Source: Octopus bimaculoides (lineage: Eukaryota). Taken from it: 64,000 nt of DNA. The stretch spans positions 47,854,646 to 47,918,645 of the forward strand of contig NC_068989.1 of the NCBI RefSeq assembly GCF_001194135.2, written 5' to 3'. Under the pieces are notes generated by a model. It had not been told where the DNA came from and ran no database searches. It saw only the letters and a list, made by a program, of their open reading frames with translations. Below, one piece after another: positions 1 through 12,470 of the stretch. A program made the position numbers and the translations under genes. Every line of letters begins with the position of its first letter. The first letter of the stretch is position 1.

Positions 1-470
1 GTGCGTGTGGGTAATTTGTTACATATTATCTCCAAATATTGTGTGAAAGTGTTGATATATTCTATCAACCACTCACACAATATTTCATTAGTACTAGTTA
101 GTGTAAATATTTATTATATCACATACAGTAACTGCATACCTCGCTAATCTAAACGAAGTCAAATTTGATACGTTGTATGAATACTTACTCCACAGCTGGT
201 TGTGTTGATAAATAACGTAAATAAATATACAGACGAGTCTGCGTGTGTGCGCCTGTGTGTGTGAATAGTATATGTGTGCTTGTGTGTGTGTGACTGTTCG
301 TGAGTGCAAGCGTGTATGTATCCAATGACCGCACCCGCAAACTAATAGAACTTGGTACCATGTACCACATTTTCGCTTTTCTATGGTGCCTATGCAGTAG
401 CGAACAGACTTGAGCCTCCCCACTCGGCCCTTCTGTTAGTGCCCTAGGGGAATATTCTGGGTGTAAAAGC

Positions 471-552
<82 letters not shown>

Positions 553-572
553 TAGAAAGAGAGAGAGAGAGG
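471..572. repeat. (GA)n microsatellite
   Basis: Direct reading of a GA/GAAA run of about 100 bp. Confidence 0.95.
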
Positions 573-1224
573 AGGCTGCAATAACAGTCGGATAGAATCG
601 ATTTTCAGTTGCAAAGTGAAATGAATCGCATTGCTCAAGGACGCAATATCTAAATTTTCAGGAATGAATGCATCAGCTTACAGTTGTGAGGAGTAAATAT
701 TTTGTCCCAGAGGAATATTCCTTAAGAAATTTCGTGTACTAAAGATAGAGAAGTTGCGTAGAATAACGTCAACAAGTCATCAGACACCAGTATTTTGGCC
801 TGATTTTCACTTTGCAGTAACGAACTGACCCGAAAATGCTGAGCTTTGTCGGAACATTCGAATCAACTTCAGGAAATACTGTCTGCTGGAGGTTATTGAC
901 AACGTTTCATAGAGAGGATATTTGATATTGGGTAAAAAGTAAAAGCCCAGCCCTTGTTAGCGACTGCATTGTAAATATGAACGTCGAATTTCCCTATAGG
1001 TGTTTATCCTCTTTGCAATGTGAGGATTAACTATATTATTTTCCAAGCGTAATTTTGATACGAGCACATACTCACACATACATGCAAACGGTAACATGAG
1101 TTTAAATTCATCTCCTCAACAATCTGCCATTCACGGTTCCCCCCACAACCCCAACCCATACTCCACAATTCTACCCAACATTGCTCTCCCTCCAACCCCA
1201 GTCCCAGATTAATATCTTGTATAT

Positions 1225-1285
1225 TAAAGGCGGTGCTCCAGCATGGCCGCAGTCGAATGCCTGAAACAAGTAAAAGAAAAAAGAA
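1225..1285 (+). mobile_element. SINE family B 3' tail fragment
   Basis: aaggcggtgctccagcatggccgcagtc...tgaaacaagtaaaag matches the tails of the copies at 26256-26670 and 45446-45998. Confidence 0.8.
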
Positions 1286-1656
1286 TATATATATATTTAA
1301 ATATGATGGGGAGTGTCTTTGTATATGAGTTTGTCCCCCACTTGACAACTGATGGTGGCAAAGAATAAATACCAGATTGAGAAAAGAGTACTGGGATCGC
1401 TTCACCCGATTAGAATTTTTCAAGGTGGTGCCCAACATTCTTATTATTCTTATTATTGAAACAATTAAAAGAATAAAACAAAGGATATATACAAATATAT
1501 GGTAAATGAAAGACGAAGGTTGAAATACGTGAGAATTTTTATTATTAATCACAAACCATGCAGCTTCGATCCCTCACGGGTGAGACATTTAACAACTGGT
1601 CTCATCTGGTGATAAATATTGCTATGTATGTATGTGTGTGTGTGTGTGTGTATGTG

Positions 1657-1888
1657 TTATTTCTTTACTACCCACAAGGGGCTACACACAGAGGGGACAA
1701 ACAAAGACAGACAAACGGATTAAGTCGATTATATCGACCCCAGTGCGTAACTGGTACTTATTTAATCGACCCCGAAAGGATGAAAGGCAAAGTCGACCTC
1801 GGCGGAATTTGAACTCAGAACGTAGCGGCAGACGAAATACCGCTAAGCATTTCGCCCGGCGTGCTAACGTTTCTGCCAGCTCGCCGCC
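1657..1888 (-). mobile_element. tRNA-derived SINE family A, near full length, inserted in a (TG)n tract
   Basis: Minus strand reads ggcggcgagctggcagaaacgttagc (A-box-like), gagttcaaattcc (B-box-like), then the core gtcgactttgcctttcatcctttcggggtcgat. Many other copies occur in the window. Confidence 0.9.
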
Positions 1889-1891
1889 TTA

Positions 1892-1970
<79 letters not shown>
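1892..1970. repeat. (TG)n microsatellite
   Basis: Direct reading. Confidence 0.95.
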
Positions 1971-1974
<4 letters not shown>

Positions 1975-2947
1975 CACGCACACGTACTCGCACATTAGGG
2001 AAAAATGTGTGAAACTTTCCTTTTTAAGTTACATTAAATATTTCTAATTTCTTTGATATATTTAATTGAATCAAAATAATTAATAGCTTTAATAAAGTTT
2101 TAATTAAATGATAATTAATAAGACAAAGTTTTATGTGTGAAAGATGAAAATTTCAAGTTGACTTTCTTTCAAATTTAATAATTTAATCTTAACGATTTCT
2201 AAATTGCGAAAAGTAGAATAAAACGGAGGAAAGAGTGATAAAGTGAGGTTAAGGTCATTTAAATTGATTTGTACTTTTATCTTTCCAGTATCGATACAAA
2301 TATCTATCAGTCATACTCAGGGGTAGATCAAATCTTTTATATCCTCTTTTAGCATTTATTGTCTTGTGTTTATGTTAGAAATTCCTGTTATAAGAGCAGC
2401 AGTAGCGAATTCCGTAGAACGCGTATCTAAATTTAAATACTGCTTAGTTTAACTCTTGCCACTGTCCAGTTTTGTCTGTTCTGAATTCAGAACGTAAAGA
2501 ATGACAAAATGCCACTAAAGCAGTTTGCGCGGCGCAGTAACGAATCTGCCGGCTTGCCGCCTCAAGAAGAAGAACAACAACAACAGCAACAACAGCAGTT
2601 ATTCTTCCAAGGCTTGGGAAGACGTAAACCATACTTAAAATATGATGCATAAACTGCATAAAACTTGTCTACGTACTGTATGAGTTGTTGCATGTGTAAG
2701 CAGGAATTAGTTTATTGTGCGTGAATATGCACACACACAGACACACACATGCAAATCACTAGATTTTCATATTAAATATGTAGTATACGTGCGCTTCTCT
2801 GTTTATTTTTCTCCACTTATGGTACATAGATTACTTAGGTTCCTAGAATATCACTACTTTGTAGTAGGTCGATCGTGTAAGTTTTACAGATAATTCAAAG
2901 TCTGCTGGGTGGGATGAAGAGTAAAGATATGATCCCATACTCTAAAC

Positions 2948-3112
2948 CAGTGTTTCCCAACCTATGGTCCATGGACCCCTAGTAGTCCGCAAAGGTAGTA
3001 CTAGGGGTCCGTGAGCTAAATTCACAGACAGACCTTTCAATATCCTAGAGTCCGTAGGAAAACTCATTTAAATAAAAGGAGTCCTTAGCAACGAAAAGGT
3101 TGGGAACCACTG
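2948..3112. mobile_element. hAT/Charlie-type MITE (165 bp)
   Basis: TIRs cagtgtttcccaacct / aggttgggaaccactg. 8-bp TSD ctctaaac (2940-2947) versus ccctaaac (3113-3120), one mismatch. CAG-start TIRs with an 8-bp TSD are hAT hallmarks. Confidence 0.88.
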
Positions 3113-3159
3113 CCCTAAACCCTCTCCTGTCACTATCTATTGACTGGGCAGCCATTAAT

Positions 3160-3880
3160 TTCATATTGTGTTTCTCTGCCAGTTACATAACAGCAATTGA
3201 ATGGTCTTCTTTCCTTATTAGGGAAGAGAGATCTCCAAAATAATACATTCAACATGCCCTGGTATTCAGCACGATAGCAGTGGTCAGCAAAAGCTATCCT
3301 GCATTGAGGTAAGTGAAATGTGTACCTCGTATCACATTGGTATTGTTTTCACGGCAAAATATCTTCTGGTATTATGATCTCATGAAAAGCCATGGTATGT
3401 AACTTATTCTCCATCACCCAAATTTTGGAATTTTACTAAAGAATGTTCTCACAACAGAAATATAACATTGTGGTCTTTGAAATATTGTGTCTCTGCCAAT
3501 TACATCAAAGTATCCAAGAAGTCTTCATTCTCTATAAGGGAAGGGAAGTCTCCAAAATAAAGCATTCAACGTGTCCTGATATTCAGTTCGATAGCAGTTG
3601 CCATTAAAGATCATCATGTGTTGAGCAGGATAAAAGTAGAGTTAAGTGAAATGCGTTCAGAAATCACCTTGGTAGTGTACTTACAACACAATATCTTCTG
3701 GTACTATGATCTCATGAAAAGCCTGTTATGCAGCATCGTGGCGAACTTGAAGCTCCTTCATCACCCAAGTTTTGGCATTTTAAAGAAGAATATTCTCGCT
3801 ACAGAAAGACAGCATTGTTGACTTAGAAATACTTGGTTTCCAAATGTTGTAAAGCAAGTTACAGGTTTGTCATTAATGTC
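3160..3880. repeat. Diverged tandem duplication, unit about 320-345 bp, two copies plus a partial third
   Basis: Shared blocks atattgtgt..ctctgcca, tctccaaaataa, aatatcttctggta.tatgatctcatgaaaagcc and catcacccaa.ttttgg recur; unit starts are offset by 319 and about 347 bp. Confidence 0.85.
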
Positions 3881-3929
3881 AGGAAGTTTCTCTTACCTTA
3901 AAGGCAGTGGATTAACAATTGTACAAAGT

Positions 3930-4307
3930 GTTGTGGCACTCCATCGGTTATGACGACGAGGGTTCCAGTTGATCCCATCAACAGAACAGCCTGCTTGTGA
4001 AATTAACGTGTAAGTGGCTGAGCACTCCACAGATACGTGTACCCTTAACATAGTTCTCGGGGAGATTCAATATGACGCAGTGTGTGACAAAGCTGGCTCT
4101 TTGAAATACAGGTACAACAGAAACAGGAAGAAAGAGTGAAAGTTATGGTGATAGAGTACAGCAGGGTTCACCACCATCCCCTGCCGAAGCCTCGTGGAGC
4201 TTTAGGTGCTTTCGCTCAATAAACACTCACAACGCCTGGTCTGGGAATCGAAACCGCGATCCTATGACTGCGAATCCGCTGCCCTAACACTGGGCCATTG
4301 CACCTCC
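3930..4307 (-). mobile_element. tRNA-derived SINE family D, full length with 15-bp TSD
   Basis: Minus-strand head gtggaggtgcaatggcccagtgttagggcagcgg...ggtttcgattcccagacc. Identical direct repeat acaattgtacaaagt at 3915-3929 and 4308-4322. Confidence 0.9.
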
Positions 4308-5179
4308 ACAATTGTACAAAGTACCTAACGATGGATTAAATATTTACGTTACTCATTCTCATACGGTTCGTGAGTATATTTATGTTTAATTAGATTATGT
4401 TTAGAGAAAGTGCGTGTGAAACTGTGATATATCCAAGCACTCCCCTGGCTGTCAGAAGTCCGAATGAAATGAAATTACATGCAAAGAGCTTTTATTTTGT
4501 TGCTTACTTATGTTTTGTTCTGATGCAAAATCTACACTCCAAACGGCTGTATATTAATTAGCTAAAGAAATCAAACAAAATTTTTACAAATTTACCCCAT
4601 ATCTAAATCAACGCATTCCCGCTTTTAGACAAACATCGTTGTCTGCAAATCGTAAATTTAACCACGGTGGCGAAAACATTAAATTCTACACCCACCCAGC
4701 TTCGCGTCACGTTTCTCTAAACGAATAATAAGCATACTGCCTCCAGTTAAAACGTGCGTCTGGAGAGATGAAGGACTGATAGTAATAAATTTCATCGGAA
4801 CATTTGTCTTATAAAAGATAAGCTCGTAAAAGAATATAAAAGATGAGATACCGGACAGCTTCATGGCGTCAACTATACGCTTATTTATTTATTTATTATT
4901 TGTCTTTTCTTATATAAGTATGGGCGTGTGTGTCTCTATATATATAGGTATGTATGTAAGTGTATGTTTATGTGTAAATGTATATAAATGCGTGTAATTT
5001 ATATGTATATAGACATGCATGAATATATTTATATATATATATATGCATACATACATACATACATACATACATACATGCATACATGTGTACATTCATAGGT
5101 ACATATTTTTCTTAATATTATCAAATATGTAGGTCACAATAAGGAGGTTATTTTTTTAGATTTGCATTTAAGCTACGGT

Positions 5180-5237
5180 CGTCGCTGCTGCTGCTGTTAT
5201 TTTGGCGTGATTGTTCTCGTCGCTGCCGTTGTTGTTC

Positions 5238-5327
<90 letters not shown>

Positions 5328-5337
5328 NNNNNNNNNN

Positions 5338-5375
<38 letters not shown>

Positions 5376-5445
5376 CAGCAGCAACAGCAGCAGCAACAGC
5401 AGCAGCAACAGCAGCAGCAACAGCAGCTGTTGTTGTTGTTGTTTA
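5180..5445. repeat. Compound triplet microsatellite (CTG)n-(TAG)n-(CAG/CAA)n-(TTG)n
   Basis: Direct reading; includes a 10-N gap. Confidence 0.95.
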
Positions 5446-5574
5446 ACTTCAAGACCACAATGTTTGAGCAGACTTGTCTTCGAAGGCACTTCAGACGTGA
5501 CACCCCTGCACTTTGGTGGGTATCCAGGACTAAATCATCCAAGTCCTGTCTTCCCTTCTAAGATTTTAGAAAGC

Positions 5575-6686
5575 CGAGAGTCGGCTAAAAAGTTCATAGG
5601 CCGACCAAGACAGTCTCATGCAATGTAACAAAATAAAGGTTTATTTTTCTACATAATCCCACTTGCGCTCTTGACACTTCTTCCGTCGGTGTTGCAGTGC
5701 TTGGGTCTCATTGCTCAAGAAACCTTCATCTTGCTAGTCAACAGCAGATATGAAGTCATCATCACTGCAAGAGTTTTTTTGTTTTGTTTTTTTCATATTG
5801 GGAGATAGCTGATAGTTAGATATGGCCAAATCAGGAGAACTCGTAGGCTGATCAACCAGTTCAAAGCCCCATTCACGCACAGCAGCCATCGAAACCAAGG
5901 ACGTGCATGCTGGAGCATTGTCTTAATGAAACAAGGCCCCTTTTGACTGTTTTCCTGGGCGTTTTGTCTTGATAGCCTTTCGTAACTGCCTCAGCAGGTT
6001 GACACAGTACTCTTCATTAAACGGCCGTGGACTTCTTTGGAGCAGGTGAAAAGGAGTGTTTCCACTGCAGGGATAGTTTCTTTTTCTCTGACTCAAAGCA
6101 ATGAACCCAACTCTCATCCTGGCTTTGGAAACATCCAAGGAAACCAGCTGGATCTGCTTAAAACATTGTCAGCTTTTCCCGTGGTGAAATCAGCCTAGTG
6201 CGCTTTTGATCATGCCAAGTTCATTATGCAGAATATTCTCAACTCTCTCACGAGATATGCGAAGAGCATTGCCTATTTGCTTTATAGTCAATCGCCTCTC
6301 ATCCATCACCATGTGGTGAACATGATCAATGTGTTTCTCGGTGGTAGTAGTTGCAGGACCTCTACACTTTGGGTCTCTTAAATTCAGCTGCCCACTTTAG
6401 CACTCTTGATAAAGCTGAAGCATCATCCCATAATTTAGCAAGCATGTCAGCATAAATATCCTTGGGGGCTATACCCATTTCCTGCAGGCACTTCATAACA
6501 TGACGATTCCAAATTTTGTCTATTTTCAAGAGAAGTCGCTGCTAGTTACTTTTGAAGTTTTCTTTGAGCAGTCAGCTATTACTTTACCTGGAAACAATTC
6601 CATTATTTATGGGAAGAGTTGAAACTGATGCATGCAAAGCATCACCCCTCTTCATAGGCAGCCTATGAACTTTACAGCCTACCCTT
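5575..6686 (-). mobile_element. Decayed mariner (DD34D-type) DNA transposon, about 1.1 kb
   Basis: Imperfect TIRs gagagtcggctaaaaagttcataggc / gcctatgaactttacagcctaccct followed by TA. Frameshifted minus-strand translation gives QDESWVH, LRQLRKAIKTKRPGK, DNAPA, SPDLA and a C-terminal DYVEK. Confidence 0.9.
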
Positions 6687-6835
6687 ATATTTCAAGAGAG
6701 ATTTCGATGCCATGGCTAACAGGTCTAGAAATATCCCCATAAAAGTTTTTCCATTGGCTCGTTCAGGTTTCTGTTTCTTATTACAGTTTTATTGTTTTGT
6801 TATATCATCGTTATTGTTCTTATTCTTCAACATGC

Positions 6836-6965
6836 GTCGAGGTCGATTTTGCCGTTCTTTTATTCCTGGTCGATAAGAGAAATACCAGCTGAACCCTGGG
6901 GTCAATGTAATCGACTATCCCGTCCCAACCAAATTTCAGACTTTGTACCTTTAGTCGAAAGGATT
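6836..6965 (+). mobile_element. SINE family A 3' half, ending in ggattattat
   Basis: Core gaggtcgattttgcc...ggtcgata and tail tttcagactttgtacctttagtcgaaaggatt. Confidence 0.8.
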
Positions 6966-7013
6966 ATTATCATCATCATAATTATTATTTTCATCGTCAT
7001 CATCATCATTATT

Positions 7014-7063
<50 letters not shown>

Positions 7064-7105
7064 TATTATTATCATTATTATGACGATGATGATGATGATG
7101 ACGAC
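6962..7105. repeat. (ATC/ATT)n then (GAT)n microsatellite
   Basis: Direct reading. Confidence 0.95.
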
Positions 7106-7107
7106 AG

Positions 7108-8715
7108 GGCTCCAATGATAAATCATGAAGTTACAACCTAGATAATTTCTTTGATCTAGCACTTATGGATTTCATATTTCAAGTCGTTGTAACACACTAC
7201 TATTTTTTTCTTTTCTTTATACTCTTGTCCTTAATTATTATGTCTGGGCGATTAGCTTTGATATTTTTTCGTCGGTTTCAACAGGCATTTCCCAGATGAT
7301 CGTCATGTACTTTGTTTGACAAATGTTTATACCATTTTTTGTTTGATTTTTATGTTGTAGTGTCGACATATTACCCAGTGGATACAACTATTTATTCGGT
7401 TGTGTCAGTACATATATTCAGATTTGGCTAGAAATAGTCAGCCGGAGATGATATGATCAACTGTCTCCTGGTGCTGGCTACATATTTTGTATTTCGTGTT
7501 AGGGCATGTTTTCATTATTTTGCGTTTATAGTTGCTTGTGCTCAGGTATTGGTTATATGCCCCGAGAATCAGTCCTTCCGTTTCTGCTTTTGAGTCATTG
7601 TTGGTTTTTACTTAGGCTCACTTCTCTGTTAAGCCTTGCAGAGTATTGGTCCATTAGTGATTTTTCTCCATTTCTTCTTTAGTCTTTTGTAGTTATGTTG
7701 TCACGTTATTTTTTGTATCTTTCAGCATTTGCACTGTGTTGTCAGTGAGGTCAGTGTTTCAGTGTAGTTTGTTTCTATTGTGTATTTTATCATCTTGTGC
7801 ATAGAGAAAAGCGATTTATTTGATTGTCTTACTACAGGTGGTAGACTCTCTCTATTTGTTTGTAAGTAATTTCTAGTCCAACAGTCGTTTTACTGTATAG
7901 AAGTTCTCTATCTGTGTCAGGCCATGTCCTCCTTCTAAGTGGGGTAGATATATTCCGTCTGCGTCTGCTTTGCGATAGTTTGGTAAACCGTTAATATTTT
8001 CCTAGTTTTTCTAAGTTTCTTAATTCACTAATCTTCCAGTTTCTTATTGTTTTCATATTTTTAGCATTGAATTTAATTTTTAATATTAGTCTATCTCAAG
8101 GCGGCGAGCATCCCACGAACTTTGCTGGTCTTGTACCAAAATTTGAAATCAATATTAGTCTAAGCTTTTGTAATATTCTTTCCTAATTTACACGTTCATT
8201 GTGTGGTAGTCTTTTCCTGGATATTTCTGAGTGATTCCGCTGTAATTCTCTGATTTCTATGTTTATGTAGAGTATTGTGCTTTCAGTGTTGATTAATGTT
8301 CCCCTTATTAATGTCACAGTTGTTTAATCCCATTTTCATCGTGATGTCTTAACTGAAACTAAGGACATTTCGTAGGAGGTTTTCCTGTTCAGTGATATTC
8401 TCAGTAAACATTAAGGTCATCCATATATAGGAGATGATTTATAGTCTGTCCATAATCGTTGTATCCCATGGAGGTTACATTCAACAAGTTTGTTTGTGGA
8501 ATCAGAGTAAAGCAGAAATCATTGGGGACAATGAATCTCCTTGGAAAATTCCTCGTCTTATATGTATAGGGCAAGTTTTAACGGTTTCTGGCGTCCAAAG
8601 CCTCCCTTTCTCGTGTATTTGTTTGCTATAATTTTTATTGTTATTACTTTTTACACGATTAAATACCAGTCTTTTTTATTTCTGTGTTGTCCTGCGCTGT
8701 TCCCAATCTCAATGG
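7108..8715 (-). mobile_element. Decayed R4/Dong-like RLE non-LTR retrotransposon (RT to RLE)
   Basis: Minus-strand translation with stops and frameshifts: RGIFQGDSLSP, INHLLYMDDL, KADADGIYLPHLEGGHGL, zinc-finger remnant QETVDHIISG, ANRPDIIIKD, ending near IGAL. Interrupted by a short SINE A remnant at about 8098-8157. Confidence 0.88.
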
Positions 8716-8751
8716 TGAATAAAAAAAAAGATTATTATCATTATTATTAAG

Positions 8752-9170
8752 TGAGAAAGCAGCGCATGCGACTGGGGTACAATTATATGAAGCCCAATAA
8801 ATCCATCATGACTACCGGTCTGATAAGGGTACACTAGGCACACGCATTACAACAACATTTACGCAAGATAATCAGCACATGACCTTGCATGTGGGGCCCA
8901 GTGAGAATCTTCTTCAGGATGAGTAGCCCGTTCCACTCAAAAGGCCCTTGAATAAGGTTTGTTTCAGGACGATAAACGAAACACCCATGTTTCCAGAGGT
9001 GAATTATTCAAACCTCAAAGAACTCTTCTCAACACATTGCTTTGACACTCTTTCACTACATCTGCCCGTGATCAGAGCAGCACATATCGTCAGCCACCAA
9101 GTGACATTTTCAACTGGTTAAGGCCAAACAACTGAAAAGCAAATCTGTGGTATTGAGCAGAATATTTGCA
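8752..9170. repeat. Probable interspersed non-coding repeat between two (TTA)n arrays
   Basis: More GC-rich 420-bp block with no convincing ORF, bounded by TTA repeats. Resembles a common octopus repeat from memory only; single copy in this window. Confidence 0.4.
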
Positions 9171-9175
9171 TGCGC

Positions 9176-9237
<62 letters not shown>
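9176..9237. repeat. (TTA)n microsatellite, tail or target of the adjacent Dong-like LINE
   Basis: Direct reading. Confidence 0.95.
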
Positions 9238-9240
<3 letters not shown>

Positions 9241-9532
9241 TAGTCTTATCGTTATCACGCTCTGTGTGCCTTGGGTATGCGCTGTAGTTTGTTGTGGTAC
9301 TCTTATTTTCGTTCTATTAAAAGTGTTTTACGTGGGATGTGTCCGGTGCTTAATAGTGCCATTTTGTGTATGTTATAAATACTTGTAAATCCTGGTATTT
9401 TTGTTATGTATTTGTCTGAATGTCTTTGTTTATCATACCTAATGCGCCTACTATGAAAGGAATTGTTTCAGTTTTTAGGCTCGAAATTCGAGTTACCTCT
9501 ATTTTCAGATCTTTGTATTTTGAAAGTTTCTG
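9238..9532 (-). mobile_element. R4/Dong-like LINE 3' end (RLE C-terminus plus 3' UTR)
   Basis: Minus strand KLSKYKDLKIEVTRI...TIPFIVGALGMI, then UTR and (TAA)n tail. The 5' part is lost in a gap. Confidence 0.85.
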
Positions 9533-9749
9533 NNNNNNNNNNNNNNNNNNNNNNNNNNNNNNNNNNNNNNNNNNNNNNNNNNNNNNNNNNNNNNNNNNNN
9601 NNNNNNNNNNNNNNNNNNNNNNNNNNNNNNNNNNNNNNNNNNNNNNNNNNNNNNNNNNNNNNNNNNNNNNNNNNNNNNNNNNNNNNNNNNNNNNNNNNNN
9701 NNNNNNNNNNNNNNNNNNNNNNNNNNNNNNNNNNNNNNNNNNNNNNNNN

Positions 9750-9950
9750 GTCTGTGTTTGACCACCGCTTGAAACTGGTGTTTACATCCCGTAACTAAGC
9801 GATTCGGCAAAAGAAACTGATAGAATAATTACCACGCCAAACAAAAAGAAGTACTGGGGTCGATTCATTCCACTAAACTTTCTTCAAGACGGTGCCCCAG
9901 CATGGTCGCAGTCTAATGCCTGAAACAAGTAAAAGAATAAAAGAAAAAGA
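9750..9950 (+). mobile_element. SINE family B 3' half
   Basis: ccgtaactaagcgattcggcaaaagaaactgatagaata...cagcatggtcgcagtctaatgcctgaaacaagtaaaagaataaaag. Confidence 0.85.
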
Positions 9951-10199
9951 AAATTATATGTATGCGTGTGTATGTATTGTGTGTGCGTGTGTGCGTGTGT
10001 GTTTGTGTGTATGCATGTATGTGTGTGTGTGCACGTACGTGTGCGTAGATTAGTTATTTTCCATGTCCAACGTGACTTACGTAGGCTCTTACAAAATAGG
10101 AACGGCAAGTCCATGTTGAACTTTGACCTACAAATAAATAGCAGCTACATTGTCACTGAATCACGCTCTACTTTCGTTACATGACAAAGGTCATACTAA

Positions 10200-12000
10200 A
10201 TAATGTAGACCTAAATAAGGTATATTCAGTTTTTGTTCTGAAATTCTATGGTCACATTTATAGACTAAGTAACGATACCAAGGAAACTGAAGCTAAGCGG
10301 ACGGACTTTAAGTTTGCGATACACAGATTGCTAGTTCAGACGAACAGAAGCTACAGCAGAGGGGTAAAATTAATCAAATGTTACGTACCTGTCAACAGAA
10401 AGCGGTAAACAACAAGTCTATGACAATGTATCTGATAGAAGACGAACGGTCACCAGAAGACGTGTTTGGGTCAATAAAGATTACTAAAAAATCCATAGTA
10501 AAGAAAGTTCTGTTCTAGAGAACACAGCAGAGCTAATCGACCTTGGATATCTGAAGAGACCCTACAACTGACAGATCAAAAGTGAGAACTCAAAAGGAAG
10601 CGATCTGCCGAAGAGAATGCCGAGCAAAGATATCAAGAGATCAAAAGAGCAGTGCAAAGTGGAAAAGACAAATCAAATTTTTGGAAGAAAAATGTGCCTA
10701 GGTTGGAAAGGAATTAAAACATAATACAAGGAAGGTGTAAAACATTATCAAAACCTTAAAGAGAGGACTGCAACCAAAGCAAAGAAACACCAAGAACGTA
10801 GAGGATAAAGTACTTGATGATCAACAAAGCATTCGCTAAGGATAGAAAGAATATGGAGAAAGATTGTATGAAGACTATTATATCGAATAACCAATAAAAA
10901 TCAATCATGATGAAAGATACGACTACCTAGCACTACTCAAATTGGAAGTAAAAGACGCTATTCGAAGACTTTCAAAGAACAAAATTAATTGACTTTCTAT
11001 CCGTAAATCTATTAAACGCGATCAGATGGTGAAGAATGTGTTGTAAAAGACACTATTCGAAGACTTTCAAAGAACAAAATTAATTGACTTTCTATCCGTA
11101 AATCTATTAAACGCGGTCAGATGGTGAAGAATGTGTTGTGGAAACTCTGTATAATAAGATCTTTGATCCTGGTGAATCACCGACGGACTGGGTGAGAACA
11201 GGAATTATTTTAATACCGAAAACCCCAGGAGCCACCAAATACACAAATCGTTGCATCATTGCAATAATTAGCGACATAAGCAAGATCCTTCTGCGTATCT
11301 TGCTTCGAGAGAAAGTAAGAACAAGAGGAAAAGCATGAGAAACAGCATGGAAAAAGCATGAGAATTAAATGTCTCTCTACACATGGCCTTTATAGAGTAC
11401 AAATAGCATACAATGCTCTGGTCTGTCTTGAAAGAAATGGGTGTGAATGGTAAAGTTGTCATCCTATCTAATAATTTTTACAAGAATCAACATGCAGCCG
11501 GCATGGTTATATAAGAAATACGTCAAGGTTATCTCCCTTCAATCATGTGCTTCAACTTGTAATCTGAAATATAATGTGATAGTCTATTGACCAACTTGGT
11601 TGGATATTCATCAACATCAGTGGAGAGAACATCGATAGTCTACTGTATGCAGACGATATAGTACTTATTCCAACATCAACAGTGATGCTACTGTCGAGTG
11701 CATAGTACAAATCAATACAAAGACAAAACACCAGAGCAACACAACAGCCAGTGCGAAGGGGTTATCAACACGAGGCACAAATATAAGCATTAACATCACC
11801 AACTACAATCTGGAAAAACAGAACTCTTAACATGAACAAAAGACACAGTATTTAACGAAATGGAAAAAAAAAAAAGAAAACTGCAGTATTTTTGGCATGT
11901 GGTCAAGACTTGGAACGTCGACACTTACATCTTAGAGGGATGAGTCTATCGGAAATGCGGGGAACCGGAAAGACGCTGACTGAACGACATCAAGGAATTG
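10200..12000 (+). mobile_element. Decayed RTE-clade LINE (RT region to 3' end)
   Basis: Remnants PGESPTDWVRTGIILIPK, IAIISDISKILLRIL, LWSVLKEMGV, INISGENIDSLLYADDIVLI and C-terminal ILEG. The 5' boundary is uncertain. Confidence 0.82.
10948..11138. repeat. 95-bp tandem duplication inside the RTE fragment
   Basis: gtaaaagac(g/a)ctattcgaagac...gaagaatgtgttgt occurs at 10948 and 11043 with two substitutions. Confidence 0.95.
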
Positions 12001-12119
12001 CTCGTAAGACCTCTGGCTGATTGCTCGACCAAAGTTAGAAATTCTAAGGAAGATGGTGCATACGTCCATGGTGCCCCAGCCTCCGACCCTAAAAAATAGG
12101 GCGGGTCTAGTCAAGACTT

Positions 12120-12175
<56 letters not shown>

Positions 12176-12403
12176 TGTGTGTGTGTGTGTGTAGTTATGA
12201 GAAAGCTTTTCACATCTACAATTTTAAATTCTAGTTTTGGTTCACATCTGCATATGTGTGTGTGTTTGTATGGTGTATAAACGTTACACACACATGCAAA
12301 CACACACACACGCACGCACACACACACACACACATGCACATATATACAGAAAGAGACATTGACAGAGAGAGAAAGAAAAAGAAGAGAGAGCTCGAAGTAT
12401 GGC

Positions 12404-12470
<67 letters not shown>
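12120..12470. repeat. Cluster of (TG)n, (CA)n and (GATA)n microsatellites
   Basis: Direct reading. Confidence 0.9.

Noticed and set aside
185-440. Possible solo LTR starting tgttgata
   Set aside because: No matching ...tcaaca terminus, PBS, PPT or TSD found.
4679-4864. 61-aa minus ORF with a good Kozak context
   Set aside because: No homology, and a spliced alternative gives only a 21-aa product.
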